This document shows, in pieces, positions 1-14,004 of a stretch of DNA of 64,000 nucleotides; the stretch's first letter is position 1, and every line of letters begins with the position of its first letter. The notes under the pieces are model-generated. The model was not told the DNA's origin, made no database searches, and saw only the letters and a program-made list of their open reading frames with translations. The translations under genes and the position numbers were made by a program. Source of the DNA: Auanema rhodensis (lineage: Eukaryota > Animalia > Nematoda); the NCBI GenBank assembly GCA_964057225.1, contig OZ059899.1, positions 10,788,001 to 10,852,000 on the forward strand. Direction: 5' to 3'.

Positions 1-3000
1 TTTTTATTGAAGTAAATGTACAAGTTTAAATTGGATATCTAACAATCTTTTTCATTTTATTTCTTTTTGTTTGTTTTAAAGTAGGAAAAATTAGTTCTTT
101 TATTCCTAGTTTGCATTCCAAATGCTTTCGAATTCCAGGAAAATATATAAGGCCTTGTTCAACTAAGGTTTCAGAAACTCTTATGAGAAAAAAAACTAAG
201 ACAATTGTGATGAGAGCAGTTAAGAGAAAAACTATGGAGCTGACATTACATTTTTCGACAATATCAGTAGATTCGAAATAAATGATATCCTGGAAACGTT
301 ATTCCTCTCTTTTTTTATATCAAACGAGAGTTTAATGTAATCATAGAGAAATCAGGATCAGTCTGTTCTGTTGGAGAACTGTAAGACATAAAAGTTCAAT
401 CTAATAGGTTTTTTATCGAAGTAAATGTACAAGTTTAAATTGGATATCTAACAATCTTTTTCATTTTATTTCTTTTTGTTTGTTTTAAAGTAGGAAAAAT
501 TAGTTCTTTTATTCCTAATTTGCATTCCAAATGCTTTCGAATTCCAGGAAAATATATAAGGCCTTGTTCAACTAAAATTTCAGAAACTCTTATGAGAAAA
601 AAAACTAAGACAATTGTGATGAGAGAGATTAAGAGAAAACCTATGGAGCTGACATTACATTTTTCGACAATATCACTAGATTCGAAATCATTGTTATCCT
701 GGAAACGTTATTTCTCTCCTTTTTCTATATCAAACGGGAGTTTTATGTAATTGTAGAGAAATCAAGATCAGTCTGTTCTGTTGGAGTACTGTAAGACAGA
801 AAATTTCAATCTAATAGGCTCTTTATCAATGTTAATGTATGAGTTTAAATTGGATATCTAACAATCTTTTTCATTTTATTTCTCATTGTTTGTTTTAAAG
901 TAGGAAAAACTAGTTCTTTTCTTTTTAATTTCCATCCTAAATACTTTCGAATTCCAGAAAAATATATAAGGCCTTGGTCAACTAAGATTTCAGAAACTCT
1001 TATGAAAAAAAACTAAGACAATTGTGATGAGAGAAATTAAGAGAAAACCTATGGAGCTGACATTTCATTTTTCTACTATATCACTAGATTCGATATCATT
1101 GATATCCTGGAAACGTTATTCCTCTACTTTTTTATATCAAACGAGAGTTTAATGTAATCATAGAGAAATCAGGATCAGTCTGTTCTGTTGGAGAACTGTA
1201 AGACATAAAAGTTCAATCTAATATTCTTTTCATCAAAGTAAATGTACAAGTTTAAATTGGATATCTAACAATCTTTTTCATTTTATTTCTTTTTGTTTGT
1301 TTTAAAGTAGGAAAAATTAGTTCTTTTCTTTTTAATTTGCATTCCAAATGCTTTCGAATTCCAGGAAAATATAAAAGGCCTTGTTCAACTAAGATTTCAG
1401 AAACTCTTATGAGAAAAAAAACTAAGACAATTGTGATGAGAGCAATTAAGAGAAAAACTATGGAGCTGACATTACATTTTTTGACAATATCAGTAGATTT
1501 GAAATAATTGATATCCTGGAAACGTTATTCCTCTCCTTTTTTTATATCAAACGAGAGTTTTATGTAATCGTAGAGAAATCAGGATCAGTCTGTTCTGTTG
1601 GAGAACTGTAATACATAAAAGTTCAATCTAATAGGCTTTTTATCGCAGTTAATGTACAAGTTTAAATTGGATATCTAACAATCTTTTTCATTTTATTTCT
1701 TTTTGTTTGTTTTAAAGTAGGAAAAACTAGTTCTTTTCTTTCTGATTTCCATTCCAAATGCTTTCGAATTCCAGGAAAATATATAAGGCCTTGTTCAACT
1801 AAAATTTCAGAAACTCTTATGAGAAAAAAAACTAAGAAAATTGTGATGAGAGAAATTAAGAGAAAACCTATTGAGCTGACATTACATTTTTCGACAATAT
1901 CACTAGATTCGATATCATTGATATCCTGAAAACGTTATTCCTCTTTTTTTTTATATCAAACGAGAGTTTAATGTAATCGTAGAGAAATCAGGATCAGTCT
2001 GTTCTGTTGGAGAACTGTAATACATAAAAGTTCAATCTAATAGGCTTTTTATCGCAGTTAATGTACAAGTTTAAATTGGATATCTAACAATCTTTTTCAT
2101 TTTATTTCTTTTTGTTTGTTTTAAAGTAGGAAAAACTAGTTCTTTTCTTTCTGATTTCCATTCCAAATGCTTTCGAATTCCAGGAAAATATATAAGGCCT
2201 TGGTCAACTAAGATTTCAGAAACTCTTATGAAAAAAAACTAAGACAATTGTGATGAGAGAAATTAAGAGAAAACCTATGGAGCTGACATTTCATTTTTCT
2301 ACTATATCACTAGATTCGATATCATTGATATCCTGGAAACGTTATTCCTCTACTTTTTTATATCAAACGAGAGTTTAATGTAATCATAGAGAAATCAGGA
2401 TCAGTCTGTTCTGTTGGAGAACTGTAAGACATAAAAGTTCAATCTAATATTCTTTTCATCAAAGTAAATGTACAAGTTTAAATTGGATATCTAACAATCT
2501 TTTTCATTTTATTTCTTTTTGTTTGTTTTAAAGTAGGAAAAATTAGTTCTTTTCTTTTTAATTTGCATTCCAAATGCTTTCGAATTCCAGGAAAATATAA
2601 AAGGCCTTGTTCAACTAAGATTTCAGAAACTCTTATGAGAAAAAAAACTAAGACAATTGTGATGAGAGCAATTAAGAGAAAAACTATGGAGCTGACATTA
2701 CATTTTTTGACAATATCAGTAGATTTGAAATAATTGATATCCTGGAAACGTTATTCCTCTCCTTTTTTTATATCAAACGAGAGTTTTATGTAATCGTAGA
2801 GAAATCAGGATCAGTCTGTTCTGTTGGAGAACTGTAATACATAAAAGTTCAATCTAATAGGCTTTTTATCGCAGTTAATGTACAAGTTTAAATTGGATAT
2901 CTAACAATCTTTTTCATTTTATTTCTTTTTGTTTGTTTTAAAGTAGGAAAAACTAGTTCTTTTCTTTCTGATTTCCATTCCAAATGCTTTCGAATTCCAG

Positions 3001-6000
3001 GAAAATATATAAGGCCTTGTTCAACTAAAATTTCAGAAACTCTTATGAGAAAAAAAACTAAGAAAATTGTGATGAGAGAAATTAAGAGAAAACCTATTGA
3101 GCTGACATTACATTTTTCGACAATATCACTAGATTCGATATCATTGATATCCTGAAAACGTTATTCCTCTTTTTTTTTATATCAAACGAGAGTTTAATGT
3201 AATCGTAGAGAAATCAGGATCAGTCTGTTCTGTTGGAGAACTGTAATACATAAAAGTTCAATCTAATAGGCTTTTTATCGCAGTTAATGTACAAGTTTAA
3301 ATTGGATATCTAACAATCTTTTTCATTTTATTTCTTTTTGTTTGTTTTAAAGTAGGAAAAACTAGTTCTTTTCTTTCTGATTTCCATTCCAAATGCTTTC
3401 GAATTCCAGGAAAATATATAAGGCCTTGTTCAACTAAAATTTCAGAAACTCTTATGAGAAAAAAAACTAAGAAAATTGTGATGAGAGAAATTAAGAGAAA
3501 ACCTATTGAGCTGACATTACATTTTTCGACAATATCACTAGATTCGATATCATTGATATCCTGAAAACGTTATTCCTCTTTTTTTTTATATCAAACGAGA
3601 GTTTAATGTAATCGTAGAGAAATCAGGATCAGTCTGTTCTGTTGGAGAACTGTAAGATATAAAAGTTCAATCTAATAGGCTTTTTATTGAAGTAAATGTA
3701 CAAGTTTAAATTGGATATCTAACAATCTTTTTCATTTTATTACTTTTTGTTTGTTTTAAAGTAGGAAAAACTAGTTCTTTTCTTTTTAATTTCCATCCTA
3801 AATACTTTCGAATTCCAGAAAAATATATAAGGCCTTGGTCAACTAAGATTTCAGAAACTCTTATGAAAAAAAACTAAGACAATTGTGATAAGAGCAATTA
3901 AGAGAAAAACTATGGAGCTGACATTACATTTTTCGACAATATCAGTAGAATCGAAATAATTGATATCCTGGAAACGTTATTCCTCTCCTTTTTTTATATC
4001 AAACGAGAGTTTATTGTAATCGTAGAGAAATCAGGATCAGTCTGTTCTGTTGGAGAACTGTAAGACATAAAAGTTCAATCTAATAGGCTTTTTTCCGAAG
4101 TAAATGTACAAGTTTAAATTGGATATCTAACAATCTTTTTCATTTTATTTCTTTTTGTTTGTTTTAAAGTAGGAAAAATTAGTTCTTTTCTTTTTAATTT
4201 CCATCCTAAATGCTTTCGAATTCCAGGAAAATATATGAGGCCTTGGTCAACTAAGATTTCAAAAACTCTTATGAGAAAAAAAACTAAGAAAATTGTGATG
4301 AGAGAAATTAAGAGAAAACCTATTGAGCTGACATTACATTTTTCGACAATATCACTAGATTCGATATCATTGATATCCTGGAAACGTTATTCTTCTTTTT
4401 TTTATATCAAACGAGAGTTTAATGTAATCGTAGAGAAATCAGGATCAGTCTGTTCTGTTGGAGAACTGTAAGACATAAAAGTTCAATCTAATAGGCTTTT
4501 TATTGAAGTAAATGTACAAGTTTAAATTGGATATCTAACAATCTTTTTCATTTTATTACTTTTTGTTTGTTTTAAAGTAGGAAAAACTAGTTCTTTTCTT
4601 TTTAATTTCCATCCTAAATACTTTCGAATTCCAGAAAAATATATAAGGCCTTGGTCAACTAAGATTTCAGAAACTCTTATGAAAAAAAACTAAGACAATT
4701 GTGATGAGAGAAATTAAGAGAAAACCTATGGAGCTGACATTACATTTTTCTACAATATCACTAGATTCGATATCATTGATATCCTGGAAACGTTATTCCT
4801 CTACTTTTTTATATCAAACGAGAGTTTAATGTAATCATAGAGAAATCAGGATCAGTCTGTTCTGTTGGAGAACTGTAAGACATAAAAGTTCAATCTAATA
4901 GGCTTTTTATCAAAGTAAATGTACAAGTTTAAATTGGATATCTAACAATCTTTTTCATTTTATTTCTTTTTGTTTGTTTTAAAGTAGGAAAAATTAGTTC
5001 TTTTATTCCTAGTTTGCATTCCAAATGCTTTCGAATTCCAGGAAAATATATAAGGCCTTGTTCAACTAAGGTTTCAGAAACTCTTATGAGAAAAAAAACT
5101 AAGACAATTGTGATGAGAGCAGTTAAGAGAAAAACTATGGAGCTGACATTACATTTTTCGACAATATCAGTAGATTCGAAATAAATGATATCCTGGAAAC
5201 GTTATTCCTCTCTTTTTTTATATCAAACGAGAGTTTAATGTAATCATAGAGAAATCAGGATCAGTCTGTTCTGTTGGAGAACTGTAAGACATAAAAGTTC
5301 AATCTAATAGGTTTTTTATCGAAGTAAATGTACAAGTTTAAATTGGATATCTAACAATCTTTTTCATTTTATTTCTTTTTGTTTGTTTTAAAGTAGGAAA
5401 AATTAGTTCTTTTATTCCTAATTTGCATTCCAAATGCTTTCGAATTCCAGGAAAATATATAAGGCCTTGTTCAACTAAAATTTCAGAAACTCTTATGAGA
5501 AAAAAAACTAAGACAATTGTGATGAGAGAGATTAAGAGAAAACCTATGGAGCTGACATTACATTTTTCGACAATATCACTAGATTCGAAATCATTGTTAT
5601 CCTGGAAACGTTATTTCTCTCCTTTTTCTATATCAAACGGGAGTTTTATGTAATTGTAGAGAAATCAAGATCAGTCTGTTCTGTTGGAGTACTGTAAGAC
5701 AGAAAATTTCAATCTAATAGGCTCTTTATCAATGTTAATGTATGAGTTTAAATTGGATATCTAACAATCTTTTTCATTTTATTTCTTATTGTTTGTTTTA
5801 AAGTAGGAAAAACTAGTTCTTTTCTTTTTAATTTCCATCCTAAATACTTTCGAATTCCAGAAAAATATATAAGGCCTTGGTCAACTAAGATTTCAGAAAC
5901 TCTTATGAAAAAAAACTAAGACAATTGTGATGAGAGAAATTAAGAGAAAACCTATGGAGCTGACATTTCATTTTTCTACTATATCACTAGATTCGATATC

Positions 6001-6435
6001 ATTGATATCCTGGAAACGTTATTCCTCTACTTTTTTATATCAAACGAGAGTTTAATGTAATCATAGAGAAATCAGGATCAGTCTGTTCTGTTGGAGAACT
6101 GTAAGACATAAAAGTTCAATCTAATATTCTTTTCATCAAAGTAAATGTACAAGTTTAAATTGGATATCTAACAATCTTTTTCATTTTATTTCTTTTTGTT
6201 TGTTTTAAAGTAGGAAAAATTAGTTCTTTTATTCCTAGTTTGCATTCCAAATGCTTTCGAATTCCAGGAAAATATATAAGGCCTTGTTCAACTAAGGTTT
6301 CAGAAACTCTTATGAGAAAAAAAACTAAGACAATTGTGATGAGAGCAGTTAAGAGAAAAACTATGGAGCTGACATTACATTTTTCGACAATATCAGTAGA
6401 TTCGAAATAAATGATATCCTGGAAACGTTATTCCT
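1..6435. repeat. Tandem satellite, ~409-bp unit, ~15.7 copies in window (continues off left edge)
   Basis: Motif gtaaatgtacaagtttaaattggatatc (or close variants) recurs every 408-410 bp; identical 76-aa spurious ORFs at 520 and 5423 (4903 bp = 12 units); ends abruptly at ...ggaaacgttattcct. Confidence 0.97.
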
Positions 6436-6594
6436 AGTCAACATTGATTTCTCCAAATAGTATCATGTTTGCTTGTTATTCAATTAGAACACTTATTTTT
6501 TGATTGTTTTCTTGAAATATTCTTTTTTTTCTTCAACAAAGTTATGACTGAGATCAAAATTTGAACTTACTTTTGAACAACTAAACAGAAATTT

Positions 6595-6600
6595 AAAAAA
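6595..6600 (-). terminator. Pol III terminator (T6) just downstream of the tRNA; repeated in each unit
   Basis: aaaaaa on plus strand = TTTTTT 4 nt after the discriminator base. Confidence 0.8.
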
Positions 6601-6604
6601 TATT

Positions 6605-6678
6605 TGCCGCCAGCAGGGGTCGAACCTGCGACCTTGGGCTTATTAGACCCACGCTCTAACCGACTGAGCTATGGCGGC
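6605..6678 (-). tRNA. tRNA-Ile(AAT)
   Basis: Minus strand GCCGCCA TA GCTC AGTCGGTTA GAGC G TGGGT CT-AAT-AA GCCCA AGGTC GCAGG TTCGACC CCTGC TGGCGGC A: full cloverleaf, 74 nt, A and B boxes, no encoded CCA. Confidence 0.97.
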
Positions 6679-7270
6679 TACGAAAGTACGAAATAACAAA
6701 GCGCTGATTTTAGGAAATGTGAATGAATGCAGATATTCTCAATTCCGATTCATTAACTAGATCGTGGTCAGCATTTTACAACATTGATAAAATAGAAACT
6801 GAGAAAAAAACATCAACAAATGACACTATTAACTTGGTTTTTTGAACAGCTTTTTTATATTTCTTTTTTCACTATGAGAGAACTTATATATATTGCTTTT
6901 TCAAAATTTTCCATTTTTAACATTATACATCTTGTTTATCACACATTGAGAACAACAGTTGGCAATGTTGGTTGTCACGTCATATTTCATGCAGTTAGAT
7001 TTTCAGACACATTAATACCTTTTACCATTCTTTTTATGAGTTTTGTAACGATAGATCGTAATAGGAAATGAATTGCTATATTATGAAAAAATACAAGACA
7101 TAGTCAACATTGATTTCCCCAAATAGTATCATGTTTGCTTGTTATTCAATTAGAACACTTATTTTTTGATTGTTTTCTTGAAATATTCTTTTTTTTCTTT
7201 AACAAAGTTATGACTGAGATCAAAATTTGAACTTACTTTTGAACAATTAAACAGAAATTTAAAAAATATT

Positions 7271-7344
7271 TGCCGCCAGCAGGGGTCGAACCTGCGACCT
7301 TGGGCTTATTAGACCCACGCTCTAACCGACTGAGCTATGGCGGC
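7271..7344 (-). tRNA. tRNA-Ile(AAT)
   Basis: Same as 6605 copy. Confidence 0.96.
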
Positions 7345-7936
7345 TACGAAAGTACGAAGTAACAAAGCGCTGATTATAGGAAACGTGAATGAATGCAGAT
7401 ATTCTCAATTCCGATTCATTAACTAGATCGTGGTCAGCATTTTACAACATTGATAAAATAGAAACTGAGAAAAAAACATCAACAAATGACACTATTAACT
7501 TGGTTTTTTGAACAGCTTTTTTATATTTCTTTTTTCACTATGAGAGAACTTATATTTATTGCTTTTTCAAAATTTTCCATTTTTAACATTATACATCTTG
7601 ACTATCACACATTGAGAACAACAGTTGGCAATGTTGGTTGTCACGTCATATTTCATGCAGTTAGATTTTCAGACACATTAATACCTTTAACCATTCTTCT
7701 TATGAGTTTTGTAACGATAGATCGTAATAGGAAATGAATTGCTATAATATGAAAAAATAGAAGACATAGTCAACATTGATTTCTCCAAATAGTATCATGT
7801 TTGCTTGTTATTCAATTAGAACACTTATTTTTTGATTGTTTTCTTGAAATATTCTTTTTTTTCTTTAACAAAGTTATGACTGAGATCAAAACTTGAACTT
7901 ACTTTTGAACAATTAAACAGAAATTTAAAAAATATT

Positions 7937-8010
7937 TGCCGCCAGCAGGGGTCGAATCTGCGACCTTGGGCTTATTAGACCCACGCTCTAACCGACTGAG
8001 CTATGGCGGC
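7937..8010 (-). tRNA. tRNA-Ile(AAT), G53A B-box variant
   Basis: gtcgaatctg instead of gtcgaacctg. Confidence 0.85.
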
Positions 8011-8602
8011 TACAAAAGTACGAAATAACAAAGCGCTGATTATAGGAAACGTGAATGAATGCAGATATTCTCAATTCCGATTCATTAACTAGATCGTGGT
8101 CAGCATTTTACAACATTGATAAAATAGAAACTGAGAAAAAAACATCAACAAATGACACTATTAACTTGGTTTTTTGAACAGCTTTTTTATATTTCTTTTT
8201 TCACTATGAGAGAACTTATATTTATTGCTTTTTCAAAATTTTCCATTTTTAACATTATACATCTTGACTATCACACATTGAGAACAACAGTTGGCAATGT
8301 TGGTTGTCACGTCATATTTCATGCAGTTAGATTTTCAGACACATTAATACCTTTAACCATTCTTCTTATGAGTTTTGTAACGATAGATCGTAATAGGAAA
8401 TGAATTGCTATAATATGAAAAAATAGAAGACATAGTCAACATTGATTTCTCCAAATAGTATCATGTTTGCTTGTTATTCAATTAGAACACTTATTTTTTG
8501 ATTGTTTTCTTGAAATATTCTTTTTTTTCTTCAACAAAGTTATGACTGAGATCAAAATTTGAACTTACTTTTGAACAATTAAACAGAAATTTAAAAAATA
8601 TT

Positions 8603-8676
8603 TGCCGCCAGCAGGGGTCGAACCTGCGACCTTGGGCTTATTAGACCCACGCTCTAACCGACTGAGCTATGGCGGC
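8603..8676 (-). tRNA. tRNA-Ile(AAT)
   Basis: Same as 6605 copy. Confidence 0.96.
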
Positions 8677-9268
8677 TACGAAAGTACGAAATAACAAAAC
8701 GCTGATTTTAGGAAACGTGAATGAATGCAGATATTCTCAATTCCGATTCATTAACTAGATCGTGGTCAGCATTTTACAACATTGATAAAATAGAAACTGA
8801 GAAAAAAACATCAACAAATGACACTATTAACTTGGTTTTTTGAACAGCTTTTTTATATTTCTTTTTTCACTATGAGAGAACTTATATATATTGCTTTTTC
8901 AAAATTTTCCATTTTTAACATTATACATCTTGTTTATCACACATTGAGAACAACAGTTGGCAATGTTGGTTGTTACGTCATATTTCATGCAGTTAGATTT
9001 TCAGACACATTAATACCTTTAACCATTCTTCTTATGAGTTTTGTAACGATAGATCGTAATAGGAAATGAATTGCTATAATATGAAAAAATAGAAGACATA
9101 GTCAACATTGATTTCTCCAAATAGTATCATGTTTGCTTGTTATTCAATTAGAACACTTATTTTTTGATTGTTTTCTTGAAATATTCTTTTTTTTCTTCAA
9201 CAAAGTTATGACTGAGATCAAAATTTGAACTTACTTTTGAACAACTAAACAGAAATTTAAAAAATATT

Positions 9269-9342
9269 TGCCGCCAGCAGGGGTCGAACCTGCGACCTTG
9301 GGCTTATTAGACCCACGCTCTAACCGACTGAGCTATGGCGGC
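9269..9342 (-). tRNA. tRNA-Ile(AAT)
   Basis: Same as 6605 copy. Confidence 0.96.
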
Positions 9343-9934
9343 TACGAAAGTACGAAATAACAAAGCGCTGATTTTAGGAAATGTGAATGAATGCAGATAT
9401 TCTCAATTCCGATTCATTAACTAGATCGTGGTCAGCATTTTACAACATTGATAAAATAGAAACTGAGAAAAAAACATCAACAAATGACACTATTAACTTG
9501 GTTTTTTGAACAGCTTTTTTATATTTCTTTTTTCACTATGAGAGAACTTATATATATTGCTTTTTCAAAATTTTCCATTTTTAACATTATACATCTTGTT
9601 TATCACACATTGAGAACAACAGTTGGCAATGTTGGTTGTCACGTCATATTTCATGCAGTTAGATTTTCAGACACATTAATACCTTTTACCATTCTTTTTA
9701 TGAGTTTTGTAACGATAGATCGTAATAGGAAATGAATTGCTATAATATGAAAAAATACAAGACATAGTCAACATTGATTTCCCCAAATAGTATCATGTTT
9801 GCTTGTTATTCAATTAGAACACTTATTTTTTGATTGTTTTCTTGAAATATTCTTTTTTTTCTTTAACAAAGTTATGACTGAGATCAAAACTTGAACTTAC
9901 TTTTGAACAATTAAACAGAAATTTAAAAAATATT

Positions 9935-10008
9935 TGCCGCCAGCAGGGGTCGAATCTGCGACCTTGGGCTTATTAGACCCACGCTCTAACCGACTGAGCT
10001 ATGGCGGC
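9935..10008 (-). tRNA. tRNA-Ile(AAT), G53A variant
   Basis: cgaatctgcg. Confidence 0.85.
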
Positions 10009-10600
10009 TACAAAAGTACGAAATAACAAAGCGCTGATTATAGGAAACGTGAATGAATGCAGATATTCTCAATTCCGATTCATTAACTAGATCGTGGTCA
10101 GCATTTTACAACATTGATAAAATAGAAACTGAGAAAAAAACATCAACAAATGACACTATTAACTTGGTTTTTTGAACAGCTTTTTTATATTTCTTTTTTC
10201 ACTATGAGAGAATTTATATTTATTGCTTTTTCAAAATTTTCCATTTTTAACATTATACATCTTGACTATCACACATTGAGAACAACAGTTGGCAATGTTG
10301 GTTGTCACGTCATATTTCATGCAGTTAGATTTTCAGACACATTAATACCTTTAACCATTCTTCTTATGAGTTTTGTAACGATAGATCGTAATAGGAAATG
10401 AATTGCTATAATATGAAAAAATAGAAGACATAGTCAACATTGATTTCTCCAAATAGTATCATGTTTGCTTGTTATTCAATTAGAACACTTATTTTTTGAT
10501 TGTTTTCTTGAAATATTCTTTTTTTTCTTCAACAAAGTTATGACTGAGATCAAAATTTGAACTTACTTTTGAACAATTAAACAGAAATTTAAAAAATATT

Positions 10601-10674
10601 TGCCGCCAGCAGGGGTCGAACCTGCGACCTTGGGCTTATTAGACCCACGCTCTAACCGACTGAGCTATGGCGGC
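10601..10674 (-). tRNA. tRNA-Ile(AAT)
   Basis: Same as 6605 copy. Confidence 0.96.
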
Positions 10675-11266
10675 TACGAAAGTACGAAATAACAAAACGC
10701 TGATATTAGGAAACGTGAATGAATGCAGATATTCTCAATTCCGATTCATTAACTAGATCGTGGTCAGCATTTTACAACATTGATAAAATAGAAACTGAGA
10801 AAAAAACATCAACAAATGACACTATTAACTTGGTTTTTTGAACAGCTTTTTTATATTTCTTTTTTCACTATGAGAGAACTTATATTTATTGCTTTTTCAA
10901 AATTTTCCATTTTTAACATTATACATCTTGACTATCACACATTGAGAACAACAGTTGGCAATCTTGGTTGTCACGTCATATTTCATGCAGTTAGATTTTC
11001 AGACACATTAATACCTTTAACCATTCTTCTTATGAGTTTTGTAACGATAGATCGTAATAGGAAATGAATTGCTATAATATGAAAAAATAGAAGACATAGT
11101 CAACATTGATTTCTCCAAATAGTATCATGTTTGCTTGTTATTCAATTAGAACACTTATTTTTTGATTGTTTTCTTGAAATATTCTTTTTTTTCTTCAACA
11201 AAGTTATGACTGAGATCAAAATTTGAACTTACTTTTGAACAACTAAACAGAAATTTAAAAAATATT

Positions 11267-11340
11267 TGCCGCCAGCAGGGGTCGAACCTGCGACCTTGGG
11301 CTTATTAGACCCACGCTCTAACCGACTGAGCTATGGCGGC
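11267..11340 (-). tRNA. tRNA-Ile(AAT)
   Basis: Same as 6605 copy. Confidence 0.96.
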
Positions 11341-11932
11341 TACGAAAGTACGAAATAACAAAGCGCTGATTTTAGAAAACGTGAATGAATGCAGATATTC
11401 TCAATTCCGATTCATTAACTAGATCGTGGTCAGCATTTTACAACATTGATAAAATAGAAACTGAGAAAAAAACATCAACAAATGACACTATTAACTTGGT
11501 TTTTTGAACAGCTTTTTTATATTTCTTTTTTCACTATGAGAGAACTTATATATATTGCTTTTTCAAAATTTTCCATTTTTAACATTATACATCTTGTTTA
11601 TCACACATTGAGAACAACAGTTGGCAATGTTGGTTGTTACGTCATATTTCATGCAGTTAGATTTTCAGACACATTAATACCTTTAACCATTCTTCTTATG
11701 AGTTTTGTAACGATAGATCGTAATAGGAAATGAATTGCTATAATATGAAAAAATAGAAGACATAGTCAACATTGATTTCTCCAAATAGTATCATGTTTGC
11801 TTGTTATTCAATTAGAACACTTATTTTTTGATTGTTTTCTTGAAATATTCTTTTTTTTCTTCAACAAAGTTATGACTGAGATCAAAATTTGAACTTACTT
11901 TTGAACAACTAAACAGAAATTTAAAAAATATT

Positions 11933-12006
11933 TGCCGCCAGCAGGGGTCGAACCTGCGACCTTGGGCTTATTAGACCCACGCTCTAACCGACTGAGCTAT
12001 GGCGGC
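11933..12006 (-). tRNA. tRNA-Ile(AAT)
   Basis: Same as 6605 copy. Confidence 0.96.
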
Positions 12007-12598
12007 TACGAAAGTACGAAATAACAAAGCGCTGATTTTAGGAAATGTGAATGAATGCAGATATTCTCAATTCCGATTCATTAACTAGATCGTGGTCAGC
12101 ATTTTACAACATTGATAAAATAGAAACTGAGAAAAAAACATCAACAAATGACACTATTAACTTGGTTTTTTGAACAGCTTTTTTATATTTCTTTTTTCAC
12201 TATGAGAGAACTTATATATATTGCTTTTTCAAAATTTTCCATTTTTAACATTATACATCTTGTTTATCACACATTGAGAACAACAGTTGGCAATGTTGGT
12301 TGTCACGTCATATTTCATGCAGTTAGATTTTCAGACACATTAATACCTTTTACCATTCTTTTTATGAGTTTTGTAACGATAGATCGTAATAGGAAATGAA
12401 TTGCTATAATATGAAAAAATACAAGACATAGTCAACATTGATTTCCCCAAATAGTATCATGTTTGCTTGTTATTCAATTAGAACACTTATTTTTTGATTG
12501 TTTTCTTGAAATATTCTTTTTTTTCTTTAACAAAGTTATGACTGAGATCAAAATTTGAACTTACTTTTGAACAATTAAACAGAAATTTAAAAAATATT

Positions 12599-12672
12599 TG
12601 CCGCCAGCAGGGGTCGAACCTGCGACCTTGGGCTTATTAGACCCACGCTCTAACCGACTGAGCTATGGCGGC
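12599..12672 (-). tRNA. tRNA-Ile(AAT)
   Basis: Same as 6605 copy. Confidence 0.96.
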
Positions 12673-13264
12673 TACGAAAGTACGAAGTAACAAAGCGCTG
12701 ATTATAGGAAACGTGAATGAATGCAGATATTCTCAATTCCGATTCATTAACTAGATCGTGGTCAGCATTTTACAACATTGATAAAATAGAAACTGAGAAA
12801 AAAACATCAACAAATGACACTATTAACTTGGTTTTTTGAACAGCTTTTTTATATTTCTTTTTTCACTATGAGAGAACTTATATTTATTGCTTTTTCAAAA
12901 TTTTCCATTTTTAACATTATACATCTTGACTATCACACATTGAGAACAACAGTTGGCAATGTTGGTTGTCACGTCATATTTCATGCAGTTAGATTTTCAG
13001 ACACATTAATACCTTTAACCATTCTTCTTATGAGTTTTGTAACGATAGATCGTAATAGGAAATGAATTGCTATAATATGAAAAAATAGAAGACATAGTCA
13101 ACATTGATTTCTCCAAATAGTATCATGTTTGCTTGTTATTCAATTAGAACACTTATTTTTTGATTGTTTTCTTGAAATATTCTTTTTTTTCTTTAACAAA
13201 GTTATGACTGAGATCAAAACTTGAACTTACTTTTGAACAATTAAACAGAAATTTAAAAAATATT

Positions 13265-13338
13265 TGCCGCCAGCAGGGGTCGAATCTGCGACCTTGGGCT
13301 TATTAGACCCACGCTCTAACCGACTGAGCTATGGCGGC
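13265..13338 (-). tRNA. tRNA-Ile(AAT), G53A variant
   Basis: cgaatctgcg. Confidence 0.85.
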
Positions 13339-13930
13339 TACAAAAGTACGAAATAACAAAGCGCTGATTATAGGAAACGTGAATGAATGCAGATATTCTC
13401 AATTCCGATTCATTAACTAGATCGTGGTCAGCATTTTACAACATTGATAAAATAGAAACTGAGAAAAAAACATCAACAAATGACACTATTAACTTGGTTT
13501 TTTGAACAGCTTTTTTATATTTCTTTTTTCACTATGAGAGAACTTATATTTATTGCTTTTTCAAAATTTTCCATTTTTAACATTATACATCTTGACTATC
13601 ACACATTGAGAACAACAGTTGGCAATGTTGGTTGTCACGTCATATTTCATGCAGTTAGATTTTCAGACACATTAATACCTTTAACCATTCTTCTTATGAG
13701 TTTTGTAACGATAGATCGTAATAGGAAATGAATTGCTATAATATGAAAAAATAGAAGACATAGTCAACATTGATTTCTCCAAATAGTATCATGTTTGCTT
13801 GTTATTCAATTAGAACACTTATTTTTTGATTGTTTTCTTGAAATATTCTTTTTTTTCTTCAACAAAGTTATGACTGAGATCAAAATTTGAACTTACTTTT
13901 GAACAATTAAACAGAAATTTAAAAAATATT

Positions 13931-14004
13931 TGCCGCCAGCAGGGGTCGAACCTGCGACCTTGGGCTTATTAGACCCACGCTCTAACCGACTGAGCTATGG
14001 CGGC
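13931..14004 (-). tRNA. tRNA-Ile(AAT)
   Basis: Same as 6605 copy. Confidence 0.96.

Noticed and set aside
520-5653. 76-78-aa plus-strand ORFs in the satellite
   Set aside because: Present in only 3 of ~16 units, two with non-ATG starts; they are the antisense shadow of the minus-strand frame
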